Positions 52,042 through 64,000 of a DNA stretch of 64,000 nucleotides are shown piece by piece. A program made the position numbers and the translations under genes. The stretch spans positions 47,126,401-47,190,400 of the forward strand of contig CM120641.1 of the NCBI GenBank assembly GCA_051362555.1. The letters run 5' to 3'. The stretch's first letter is position 1. Every line of letters starts with the position of its first letter. The notes beneath the pieces are model-generated. The model had not been told where the DNA came from. It made no database searches and saw only the letters and a program-made list of their open reading frames with translations. Origin of the DNA: Lingula anatina. Taxonomy: Eukaryota; Animalia; Brachiopoda.

Positions 52042-53321
52042 CTTGACAAGAGGAGCTTAAGGTCGACTTCATCATAAAACTACTTTTAATGTCTATCCAA
52101 TCACGATAAGAAATCACAAAAACACGATGGGGGAATAATAAAAAGCTGCATGTCAGATGGATATATTGGTATTAGCTGCGATGAGGAGTGGAGAGGGGAC
52201 CTCTGGTGGCCTTTCTCTTTAAACATACGCGCGAGACCTCTGGCGGCGGTCTACCAATAACCTTGGACTACGTGTACTTTATGAGTTATAATATATATAT
52301 TAATCCAATTAAAATACAAACACCAAAGCTTCCAAAATGGCACATAAATAAGTAAAAAAAAAACTGAAACAGTGTCATTAAAACAATCTGCAAATCGTTA
52401 AAAGCAATTTAATGAAGAAAGAGCAAAATGTTTTTATCTATGTACATGTGTACAGTACCAGCTACTGGTACGTATAAGTACATGATGTTAACATCATAAT
52501 CTCCGCAAAACTTGAATTATCATTTGTAAAAATAAATCAATTATGCAAATTTTGCATTTGGGTGAACACCATCAAAACATATGCAAAAAAATAATAATAA
52601 CTTAAATCCTGACAATACTGACTTCAAAAATCAGTCTGCTTTTTATCCCAACAAAATAACAAAATTTGAAACATTAAAATCGTTTGACAGTTATAGAAGT
52701 GTTTTGTACCAGTAGTGATGACAATGACATGGCAGGCCCGTAGTCAAAACTGCCCTTTTTCCACTATGGGTAAAAATTGGTTTATAGGTACACAAATAAG
52801 ATTCATATGGTAAAAGGTCCACTCTTCCAGAAAATAAAACACCCCTTTGGAAATGGTCCTGTATAGACAGCACAGAGATCAAACTATTTTCAGATACTTA
52901 CAATTTCGGCATATTAAAAACTCCACTGATAATTATTGTTGTACAAAATATTTTATTCAAAATGAAATTTCAATCATACATGTAGATAATCATAGGGAAA
53001 AAAATTAAAACTGCTATTTCACCCTCAAAAAAAAAAAAAAAAATCTAATTACATGGTTTACAACACAAAATTAATGTCACTGTTACTGGAGATTTAAAGA
53101 CTCCTTACAGGTTTTACCTACCAAAATGAATCTTCTGCTTTTCATTCAATGCTAAGTTCTACATGACTACTGACCAGCCAATTAAGATTCCATGTCTTCT
53201 TTTACAGTTCAGAAAAAAATACATATATTGACATCAGGTTATTTTATAGGAGGGGTTATTTAGTTTTGTAGGCCTTAATTGGGAAAGATATGTAGCTTTG
53301 CCAGATATGAAGCAAGTAGTC

Positions 53322-53324
<3 letters not shown>

Positions 53325-53376
<52 letters not shown>

Positions 53377-53399
53377 TCAGTATATATATATATATATAT
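53325..53399. repeat. Interrupted (AT)n microsatellite
   Basis: Directly visible, interrupted by CTCAG. Confidence 0.95.
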
Positions 53400-54201
53400 T
53401 CAAACGTGTACAGTTTACCTTTTATATTTGCTTCTTAAAATTATACTATAGCACTAGACTAAGTATTTGTTGTCACTTGGACATCTGATTTCATTGATAA
53501 GTAGTTAAAAACAAGATATTTCAAAATCTGTTAAAATTTACCAAAAAGTCTGACATCTTCCCTCTCAAAACAAATGTCTAATGATATGATTCAAATTAAT
53601 TTCAATGTAACTGGGATTTTAATATTTGCTTCTTAAAATAATACAACAATACTGGAATTTGTTGTCACTTGGATATCTTTGTTAATATTGAATATGACAA
53701 GGATCTACACACTTTCCACAACCTTAACTTTCTGGGATTTGTAAAATTATTACACTAACATGGCATCTAAATATGACAAAATTTTAGTCCAATTTAAATG
53801 ACAAACCAACCCCAAGCTGTACATACACATAAATATAACTTCAGTTTCCATTTACTCAATTCTTCAGTATGTATGATTATAGTCTTTTATTGAAATTTAG
53901 TAGAAATCAAAAACCTGGACCTTCACCTGTAATTGTTTATATGAACATGAGAGAAAAACACCCTCTGATATGCCAAGGAAATATTACAAATGAAAATAAT
54001 TATTCTTTGGTAGTTAAAAATAAATTCATATGTCAAAATATGTTAATAAATAACTTAATAATATCAGGTACTTTATTCAAAAGCCAATTCATTGCATATT
54101 AAATAGCACTACACCTGCAACTCCAAATAGCTTCCAAAACATTATAGAAAAGTCAAACTCCTGAGTTCCAGCTTCAACACAAGCAGGTATGTCCAAGAAA
54201 G

Positions 54202-57200
54202 TTACTGAGCACCCATAGCCCATTGTCTGCACAAGTCAAGAGTAAGAACTGGGTCCACATAAACTGTCATGTAGAACCAAATGTTTATTATAAAACCTGG
54301 TATCAGAGGCCACAAGAAGTAGGGCACCAACATTCCAATGACTTGGCCAAGGATGAACTGGATACTGAAAACAGTGAATTTGATAATGATTATAGTTGTG
54401 CTCATTAAAAAGAAAAATATCATCTTTGAATTTTTTCATGTGAAATGGTAAGTATATTCCCCATAGAGTGTTGTGTTATTTTATGTATTCAAATGTGTCT
54501 GAAATTTACAATATCTAAACACCCATATTTATGGCTTAATACACATAACTGAAATTAAGGCAGTTTAATAAAGTATGTGCAGACTAAAAGATACCAAATA
54601 ATGTGTCAGTGTCACACATCATAAAGATTGCACTTGTATGTTAAAAGATAAACAAACTGTAAAGTTTATTGGACATCTCACCTTAACTTTGGCTCTGACC
54701 AGAATTTTTTTACAGCTAAGGCTTCCTGCACTGTGCAGCTGATGCAGCTGATAAGGACAAGGTTTGAAGTCCACCAGTGCACACTCATCCAGTCCCAGGT
54801 AAATACAGCTATTAACCAGTAAGGACAAAGAATCAGCTGAGGTAAAAATCTACACCACTGTCCTAATGTAGGAGGAGGAGCCTGAAATTGAGAAGAAATG
54901 TACTAGTACTATTAATTATGCCAACTCCCACAGTGAGGCTCTACAAATTTCTTCTTTAAAATGCACATTTCAGACTTACAAAAAATAAACTTTTAAAACA
55001 TATGGGTCGTTTCATTATTTCAGCAACATAAAAGGGATAACTGTACAGTTACTGCCATTTTGTCCAATAAACTAAATTTCCTGGGGTAAGCAATGATTTT
55101 TCCTTACTTACTAATGGTTAATGAATCCATTCCGGCATTCAAAGTGAGTCCACGTTTTTTTCTAAAAAGTTTGCTTTTTTGCAATACCTTCTTAAAAGAT
55201 TATGTCATACAAAACTGCTGTTATCCCTTTAAGTAAGTCACTTTTCACTAGCATGCTTGCACCTACCCTATTAGCCATCAGCATTTCATCTGAGACATTA
55301 GCCACAGGAACAACTTTATGTATAAATGGAAGGAAAGAGTCTTGGTAGTCATACCAGTATAGATAGAGGAACATTAGCCTTGGATGGTTCCTAATGCCAT
55401 ATACAAAGAAAATAGTCTTGCCAGGATAAACTGCCTGAAAGAATTGCAAGTGTAAACAAATATATTATATCAAACCTACAAGAACAGTTTGGAAATCCAT
55501 GCCCATAAGTTGCATTACATGCTAAGGTTTCCTCTTTTTTTGTAAGGACATTTACAGGCACATATATACTATAAAGAGAAAAGAAAACATCAAAATGATT
55601 CAAATTGGTGGTAAACGCGTGTAAACATGCAATAGTACACCTATGTTTGAATAAACCTACATGGGCTTAGCACTTGCCTTGAATTCCCACAAGTTTTTAG
55701 GTGGTTTCACACCAAGATGCTGAGCTACTTGTATTGCCCCCAGTAATACTCTTTTGTGAACTGGTGGAATAGATGTACCAACTATTAACCCTAAATCTTC
55801 TTCTTGTAAGCTGCTCAGCAGATGACCATCTGTTAAAAAATGAAAAAATTATTATTGCTGCTACATCTAAATACAACATCAAAACTGTTTATCTTTATCA
55901 TACAGCACAATACTTTTCAACAGACCATCAATTTTTCCCTTGGATAGGTTATCTCAAGGTCATGTCATAGAAATAGCAGGGTACTGACAAGTAATGTTAA
56001 CATACTCACTATAGCCCATAGCATGCCAAAAAATAGTACAGAAAATAACACACTATTTCACTGTACAGCAACCATGGCAAATGCAATTTAGGCTTAAATT
56101 CCAGTATCAGATTTATAGTATATATATATATATATCTCATACATGTAGATACTAAATTAAATGATCAAACCTATTTGATGTTCCTTGAATTTCCCAGCAT
56201 ACATCTGTTTTGCCCATTCACCATGTTCCCCAATCCAGTCAGCGACCTCTTCCACAGACCACTTCTGCACTGGTTTGTTCACCAACAAAGTACTGCCATC
56301 TCCATTAAACCAGCTTAAAGTCAACCAGGCAAACTTGAATACAAGAGAAATAGAATAATTGGTAAAACATCCATCTGTGTATGAAAATGCCCTAAAAATA
56401 AATCATGGACTCAAAAAAAAAATGGATTCACATGGTGAAATGAAATGAAATGTGTGTGTATGCATGTGTTGCAGTGAGTGTGTGGGGAGCAGAAAAGTGG
56501 TTAAAAACAACAAATCTAACAAATATTGATACATGTAGGATCAACTGCTGTGATATTCTAAAACAGTGAAAAGGTTAAACCCCTCAACACCAAAAGAAAA
56601 ATATTTTTTTTAGTGATTGGGATATATAGTTTCCTAATATCATTTGTAACTCAAGACCCTAATGAACTAAGTCCACACTCAGATGCTGACGTTGTATACA
56701 TACCACTGCAACTGTCAGAGATATACACAGTCCAGAACAAAAGCCACCAGCCAAAGCCCCACCAAACAACTGGTTAGCCAGGTTTCTTGCTTGAAAATTG
56801 TGCTGAAAAACTCTTTGTGTTCCTAAAGAGAGCTGCTGCTGCTGGGTCATCTTTCTGTCAAATTCTGCTACTGCCAGTGCTAAATTTGAATCTTTTTGTA
56901 GTTCATTCCATCTTTCTGTATATTTTTCACTCATGAATTGCTTTAGTAATGATCTGAAAATAGAATAATTCACTGTCATATTATTCAAGCCCCCCAAATA
57001 GTTAGGATGCTTATTTTCTTAGATATATTTACTCACATAACTGTAGAAATGCTGTTTGTTGTTCATGAGAGCCAGAATCACCCTTTTCAAACTGGACTAG
57101 ACAGATTTCAATTTTGCCTGTGCCATATACTTCACACCAGGCAAAATAGCTGACAAAACTTACCTCAAGTTAATGTTCACTTTAGGGTGTCCAACCCAAG

Positions 57201-57396
57201 CCTGTTGACAGACTGGACAGGATTGCCTCTGACCCGCCAGATACCACTGTGCCAGGCAGTGTCTGCATAAGTTGTGTCCACAGTTTAATGTTGTTGGATC
57301 TATCAACATTTCAAAACATACAGGACAATTGAAATCCATTTCTTGCAAAGTGGACCTCTGAGTAAGATAAGGTGGCCTGTCCATGTCAGCTGACAT
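54202..57396 (-). CDS. BFAR: Bifunctional apoptosis regulator (RING E3 ligase, SAM domain, TM helices)
   Basis: Exons 57164-57396, 56704-56953, 56171-56333, 55678-55829 (GC donor), 55267-55434, 54682-54881, 54202-54364. C3HC4 RING CPVC...CGHNLCRHC...CPVC; SAM region LVNKPVQKWSVEEVADW; GVKPPKNLWEFKAVYPG; FLPFIH; LWPLIP. Probable non-coding exon 1 with donor near 58135. Confidence 0.92.
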
Positions 57397-58249
57397 GATA
57401 ATTCTTCCTTTACGGTTAAATCCTTACTGCGTCTTACAACTTCCTGAAAGGCAAATAAATGGAGTAGTTTTTTTTTTTCAAATTGTTTGACATTGTACTG
57501 AAAAAAGCATTTATATACAGGTGAATCTAAACTACTGAGTAACTAGAGTCATCTAGATACTTCGCCAAAGATTCTTGTCTCATTTCATAAGGGATCAAAA
57601 GTAGTTTTAAACACTACATGTATTGTTTATATATCAGAGACAATCATAAATTTTTTAAAAATGTAGTAGTGATTTGACAATCCACATTAAAATGTTTACA
57701 TTTTCATCACCATCACCTCATGCTGATGCAAAAGATGCAAAATAAACATAGATCTATACAAAGGGTCTAGCATGTAATGGCATAAAAAATAGCCCTATGT
57801 TACATGGGCCTACTACATGTAGTATACTACTGTACGTTGTACCCTTCCTCGATCCTCAACCCTGGCAAAATCTTGCAACTGCCAGTGCATACAAAACTGG
57901 GACTGGATCACTGATTCCAATAACACTTTTTAATTTGATAAGAAATAAATGTACTATTATACCAGTGCATTCTTATTCTTCTATATCAAAATATCTCTGA
58001 TATATTGCCTAGTACATGTATTTCTAGTTTCACTTTCGCGTTTTTATTGCAGTGGGAGCTTGTAAATATTGAAGGCCCTTACTTTAGGCTCCTTCAGATT
58101 GCAAAATTCGAAGTCCTCTGACACTTAAAACTCACCTCACAGTATTATGCTGGGGCACTAGGGCCATGAACCAGTGGAAATTTCGTATAACAATCATCAA
58201 CAGGAGCTACAGACTGTGTTTAGACTATCTGGCCGGTACCGTCGAAGTG

Positions 58250-58330
58250 CAGCGCGCACATGGACTGCGCATGTGACGTCATTCAATACCAAGGCATTCC
58301 CAGCCTAAAATATAGTAGGGCCTTGGCGCA
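58250..58330 (-). promoter_or_regulatory. Probable BFAR promoter with NRF1-like and CRE motifs
   Basis: Locally GC/CpG-rich; TGCGCATGTG at 58266-58275 overlapping a perfect TGACGTCA at 58274-58281, just upstream of the UTR exon. Confidence 0.55.
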
Positions 58331-60619
58331 CACGAGCTGTTCTTGTTGGGGTTGCTGATAAACTGCGGCGTCTTCACACGTTTTGCACATAGAATTGCAC
58401 GTTCACCACGAAATGTTGATTAGTTTTTCACATGTTTTTTATGGCATTAAAATGACATAATTATAATTAACTTTATTCTCACTCACTCCCAGTAGCATGT
58501 AGGCCTAATATAGTAGGCCTACCCTGTAGATAAGACTAGGCCGATTTGAAGAAAACACAGATATTTATAAGCGAATTCTATTTTTTTTTCTAAATTACTG
58601 GTGACAGAAAGTGAAATTTTAAATTCATGCTTCGCTAGAATGGGGAAATGTTTGTATTTTAGTAACAAAGATTTAAGCCGTTTTAGTAACGAATGTTTTA
58701 AAAATAATCCTTTTGAATAATAGCCCCCTAATATCTGCAAGTTATTAATAAACTAATAAAAATCGGACCTATTACGAGACCCACATTAATTTTACTGACA
58801 CATTTTGTCCTAAGCCTCAAGTAGGCTATATTTTTTTACAGTGTCTGGTAAATAAGGTTTTGCAAACTACTTTCAAAATGAATACAGTTTTGTAGTTTTT
58901 TCTGCAAAACATTTAACTGTGCCCCGACACCATATCCTCTAGCTAATCATGGATGTGACTGAACTACTTTTCTAATGGCTAAAATGTTACAAAAACATCA
59001 AACAGCTAAAAGATTTTAACTGTCCCATAAGACGTAACGAATTTTTATTTTCAAAAAATTAAAAACCCGGCGACACCGCTAAAGTAGATTAGAAAGTAGC
59101 TATTTATTGATTTATTTAAACATTCTAGACATTTTCAGAGAAGTTATTCATCATACTCGCTTCCTGCCAAGTTGCTACTTTATTAGAAAGGAGAATGTTA
59201 GATGATGCTGAAAGCAACAGTAACGAAGGTTCAAAATTTTGGCATTTTTTGTAAGATCAGATAAATCTAGTAGCCTAATTATTTTCTTATTTTGTAAGTT
59301 GCTAGACCCGTGATAGTTGCAATTGGACAAAAAAATTCTTCTGCTCGCTTGCCTGTAGTTTTCATAAAAAATATTATAAAATGGATTTTAAACTGAGGGA
59401 GAGTGACTGTTCTAGCAACAGAGCCGAAAAGTACCTTTAATATCAAGAATGTATTACCAAGAATATTCAAACAAAATGGCGAAAATCAATCCAGAAAAAT
59501 GCACCCTAAAGTGAATTTATTCTCTGCAGACCATAGGAAATATATGGTTTGTTTACGCACCTGTAAACTCACGGGGCATTACATCAAGTTGACATAATAC
59601 AACACACCGACGGAATATTAAAAAGCCTTGATATACGGGTTGTCTCGATCGTAAAGTAGGCCTATGGTCTATTTGTATGTCAAAAGCAGTCGTGCGTGCA
59701 GTTTGTGCGATACCCAGCAGAGAAGGGTAGGTCTAGGTCATACTGCTCTAAGGAGTAGGGGATACTACATCTAATATATCCACAATGTATCTGTTAAATT
59801 AGTAAAGCAAAAAATGGTGAGACTCGGGCAGTAGATAAGCGAAAGAAAAGTATTTAAACAACTACATAGCGAAGCACATTCCTATTTGCATTCAATCTGT
59901 GCCTATTAACTTTTTGCCTCGCCTATCGCCTACTAGGAGCACTTCTGTCGGTATTTTCCCTTGCTTCTCCTCTTTGCCTTCTTTGCCTTGTGGCGCTTAG
60001 CTACAAGGACCAATGTCTACTGACACTGTTAACGTGTGCTTAATTACTTTTTCTTCAAGCGTTTGCAAGAGGTGCCTTAGATAATAAAAAGTAACGCCAA
60101 TGTTTTTGTACTAGTACAGATGCTAAGTTATAGACCAGCATTGGCAGAAGTATGCATGTTTCTTGTATGCATGTTTTCATGGTATGATGTAACGTTTACT
60201 ATAATAGTTACCTCATTTGATAAATAAGCAAACTCTTGCCATAATGTCGTTTTCCTTGTCTTATCCCGACCTTTATATCACCTTTATATCACCCCTACAT
60301 TACATTTTGTACAACACATTTTACATAACCCTTCGATTTGTTGGCTACTTGTTTTACCCTGTCTGGCTTATTTAATCTCTAGTCTTTTTAGTGTTCACTG
60401 GTTCTCATAATGTTTTAAAACATGAATATGTACATATATAAATAAAGTAATATTCTCTCTACGTGGCCTGAAGGCACTGCCATAGTTAAGGCCAACGTGC
60501 ACCCTCCCTCGTGCACTTTTTTATTTACCATCGTTTAGAATTATTCAGAATGCATGCCGCCTCCTTCACTGTAAATCATTTTCTGACTTCAAATGAACCG
60601 ATGTCTTCTGGCAATTAAC

Positions 60620-60620
<1 letters not shown>

Positions 60621-60658
<38 letters not shown>
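60621..60658. repeat. (ATT)n microsatellite
   Basis: Directly visible. Confidence 0.9.
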
Positions 60659-60904
60659 GGTGATCAATATGTTGAAAAAGTGTGATCGAATAACCCTTCC
60701 GTTTCTTTCATCTGGAGTAATTCTATAATTCAGACCACGAGTGTGCCAAATTCGAATAACTAGGCACGTACCGTTTCTTCATTAAACAAAGATTGTTGGT
60801 TGTTGCTTTATAATACTGCACCGCTTTTCTGGCGTTGGTGGTTTACATACAACCTAATTTGGTAACCTAATTAAATAAAGATTTATCTCATTTTCTTCTT
60901 CAGA

Positions 60905-62555
60905 ATGATGCAGAAATTTGAAATAACGGAAGGTGGCACTACTCCTGCAGGTAACTCAATATATCAAGGCATTAAAAAACAATAAAATATTGTTGACAAT
61001 ATGTTGTTTTTACAAATATTTTTGGTTTGACTCTTCATGGAGTCTAAATACATGTACATTGTTTATGTCAACAAAATGTCAATCAACAATGTTGTTTTTC
61101 TAGCTGGGCTTTCTACCAGTAGTTCAGGAAACAGAAATTTGATAGTACTGGTAGCAGTGTGTGCAATCGTCGCCGTGTTAGCTATAGTTGTAGCCGTAGT
61201 GGCAGTGTCGAGATCCTCGACCACACCAAACATCACCATTCAAGGCAACCAAACGACAACAGGTGGCGGCACCTCTGCAGGACAAGGATCGTCTGCAGGA
61301 ACTCGGATCTTCACGCTTGCCGTAGGACATGACTGGGGCGCTCACGAATATATGTAGGTGGATTTTTCTGTGGAAAAAATACACAAAGTAATCTCTGCCG
61401 ATGACAATAGTAAAAAGACGTGGTATAACCCACATTTGCTTATGCAGTAGGCTCAAAAAAGCTCCTTCAAATCCTTCTACAGTAGTCTTTCGAGGATTTC
61501 CTGAATTTAGCACTGTCCTGACTTTGACAAATATATCTGCCATTCAAATATATTATGTACCTCTATATATTTTTGGCAAATTAGATAATTATTTTTCGGT
61601 TTTTCATATATAATGAGAACTAAGGCAAACAAAATAACAAAACTAATTTCTTGAAAACAAACACAACATAACTCAATTAAGTAAAAAAAAAAATAAAATA
61701 ACACGACAAAGACATCTTTTCTGTACAAAATTGAGGGGAATTCTGCAAAATTTCTTTAATATCATAGAAGTCTACTTCTATGTTAATATATACAACAATG
61801 CTCAGCCATATGTATAAGGTTTTCATTACCACTGCTTTAGAAACTATAAACTGTACCGTCATAGTAGAAGTGGGCAACTTTGGCTTACTCGATTTTTGGA
61901 TTTGTGAGTACCTTATACATGTAGCTTACAATAGAGTGTGTCAACAATGAAAACAGCATTTCTTTTGTTTTATTGGGCAACTTCGACTTACAATAGAACA
62001 CACTTTTGTCAACCGTAGTAGCCAAACATGTAAGATTGAACTCTAATAATTTTGACAGTTACTTCACTGTTGACAGACTAATATTGTAAGTCAAAGTTGC
62101 CCAATACCCCTGTATGTAAGCTTAAACTCTTAGAATTTTTTATACAGCTACTTCACTGTTGACACACTCTATTGTAAGTCGAAATTGCGCAATAAAACAA
62201 ATTAAATGCTGTCTTCATTGTTGACACACTCTATTGTAAGCTATAATTAAGGTACTCGAAAATCCAAAAATCGAGTAATTAAGCCAAAGTTGCCCACTTC
62301 TACTCGTCATTGACATACATGTATGTAAAGTCTTTTCTTTTTGAGGAAGACATTTTAATCGACACAGTGTGGTTTTTATACATATAATTAGCAATAAATG
62401 GCTAGGATCGAGGTACACTGTGATAAAGCTGCCCAAAATTATCACATATGAAACACGTGCTAACATTCATATCCATAACACATAGCTGTAATGTTCCTAT
62501 TTCAGAGACACCACTGGCTACTTGGCAGGCTTCCATTATGATTTAATCGACGCAG
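60905..62555 (+). CDS. Partial gene: type II membrane protein beginning a solute-binding-protein family 3 (PBP2)-like domain
   Basis: Phase-compatible exons 60905-60950, 61104-61353, 62506-62555; continues beyond the window. Single TM LIVLVAVCAIVAVLAIVVAVVAV, S/T/G stalk, then RIFTLAVGHDWGAHEYIDTTGYLAGFHYDLIDA. Domain call rests on ~33 residues. Confidence 0.7.
61863..62304. mobile_element. 442-bp long-TIR element with AGT...ACT ends and 6-bp TSD
   Basis: AGTAGAAGTGGGCAACTTTGGCTTA ... TAAGCCAAAGTTGCCCACTTCTACT; CGTCAT at 61857-61862 and 62305-62310; internal subrepeats CTTACAATAGAGTGTGTCAAC in both orientations. Confidence 0.8.
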
Positions 62556-63059
62556 GTAAATCGACATTTCATTTTAATTGAAATGTTAAGTAATTATCGC
62601 ATTTCAACAAATTTGATCACTGTTCCCCCCCCCCCCCCCTCTCCACATTATATGCCCTGTCACTCACTTAACAATTTAAGGACGTATTTCGGTTGCTGAC
62701 AAATTATACAAGTTGATATGTAAGGCAGAAATGGGAATCTTCCAAAATTGTCTCAATGTCGCAACTAAGCATGGAATCAAGCGAGATTTCTAGGGATTTG
62801 ATGGAGAGTGTGGCCAGAAACAATGGCATATTAGCTTGTAGGGTAACAAAGAAAAGATGACATAATTTATGCAAGGATAATTTTCTGTGTTTTTTTTTAA
62901 CTTAAGTTTTGTCTTTTGCACAACAGTCCCAGCGTGAATTCACCATTATGTGTCACTTCTGTATTACCTTGAGCAAGAAAGAAGACATTACCGAGTATAG
63001 AGGTTCACCCTTTTGTTAAAAGCTTAGCCCCAGCTTGGACCTAAATAGAGAAGGACAAG

Positions 63060-63460
63060 AAACGCGGCATCTTCCTTTGAAGCTATGTGCGTTCGGGTAA
63101 ACATTCGCCTATTGTCTCACATAATCTGTTTTGATAGCTCCACGGGCGTCTGAACAGCTTATTATCAAGGTAGCGCGCGCTGTGCTTCAGTGCATTTCTA
63201 TTGTTTCTCTGCATTGATAACGCAATTTCTCGCAGTCCCTCGTGGTTGCTATGATACAGCATTGCCGCCATCTTGCAGTTGCGAGCACACAGGTTTCCGT
63301 CAACACGTGGAAATTTTTTGAGGGGTTTTCGGCATTTTTCCCCGTTACCTCATAAAAACGGGGTGTGAAGTTTGTCTTCAATACCTGCTGCCTTTCCCTG
63401 TCCGTGAGGTAGTCTCTGACAGGACAGGAATACGCACCCAACGACCGGAAATCTCATTCC
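63060..63460 (-). pseudogene. Possible decayed transposase fragment (hAT/PRKRIR-like)
   Basis: GC/CpG-richer intronic patch with overlapping broken ORFs (VGAY...LTDRERQQVLKTNFTP; LKHSARY...YQNRLCETIG) loosely reminiscent of hAT transposase N-terminal segments. Weak similarity by eye only. Confidence 0.25.
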
Positions 63461-64000
63461 TACATGTACCAGTAGCTGTGACACCCCGGAAGATCAATCA
63501 AATTTACACAAGAACTGACTGCTGGTGAATCAGACAAATTAAAAATGGACCTTTTTAGCATGTTTGTGAAATTATATATTACCATTAGGGGCCACTCATT
63601 TCGCAGACAGCTTAAAGAAAAGTACCAAGAATCTGTGTCTGCATCTACGAAAGTAAAAGGATTGAGAAAGTCTCTCAAAAGGAAGAGTAGAATTACAGCT
63701 TGAATTATTACCTAGATTTTCAACAAACAGACAGTATGATCTTGTGCATTTATAACATTTGGGTTTTTTCACTTAGCAATTAAGATATTAATTAGAAATT
63801 TCATCTAGGTTTACATTAATTTTAATTAGTTATTTAAGAGTCAGATTTGTCGTATTAGTTTGGTAGAAAATAATACACCAGGTACCAAAATATGGCTTTC
63901 TGTTTTCAGTAACTGAAAAGCAGTCGTAATTCAAGAACTTATTATAAGTATTTATAATTTTTTTTTTCATTCAGCAACTATCTTTCATTTATATTTTGCT

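Noticed and set aside
58500-60100. Recurrent TAGGCCTA palindromes and repeat-like fragments upstream of BFAR
   Set aside because: Too short and scattered to define an element or boundaries.

Overview
AT-rich, intron-rich invertebrate metazoan genomic DNA, probably lophotrochozoan or molluscan (inferred from the innexin type and repeat landscape; the species cannot be fixed from sequence). Spliced models built by hand give nine protein genes: an uncharacterised coiled-coil protein (+), FAM177A1 (-) head-to-head with TMEM62 (+), DRAP1/NC2-alpha (-), a secreted Reeler-domain protein (+), mitochondrial Ile-tRNA synthetase IARS2 (-, 23 coding exons) with a divergent innexin nested antisense in its largest intron, BFAR (-), and the 5' part of a type II membrane protein that starts a bacterial-like solute-binding (SBP family 3/PBP2) domain (+). 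Notable structure: a Penelope-like GIY-YIG remnant with inverted arms carrying a minimal hammerhead ribozyme and a 14-bp TSD; a 30-nt tandem array that is an amplified copy of the last IARS2 codons plus stop; a 71-bp triplication of an IARS2 acceptor and exon start; two uORFs ahead of IARS2; a U12-type intron in DRAP1; two GC-AG introns; and several MITEs, one with AGT...ACT ends and a 6-bp TSD. All family calls come from motif recognition, not database searches, and exon coordinates were read manually.
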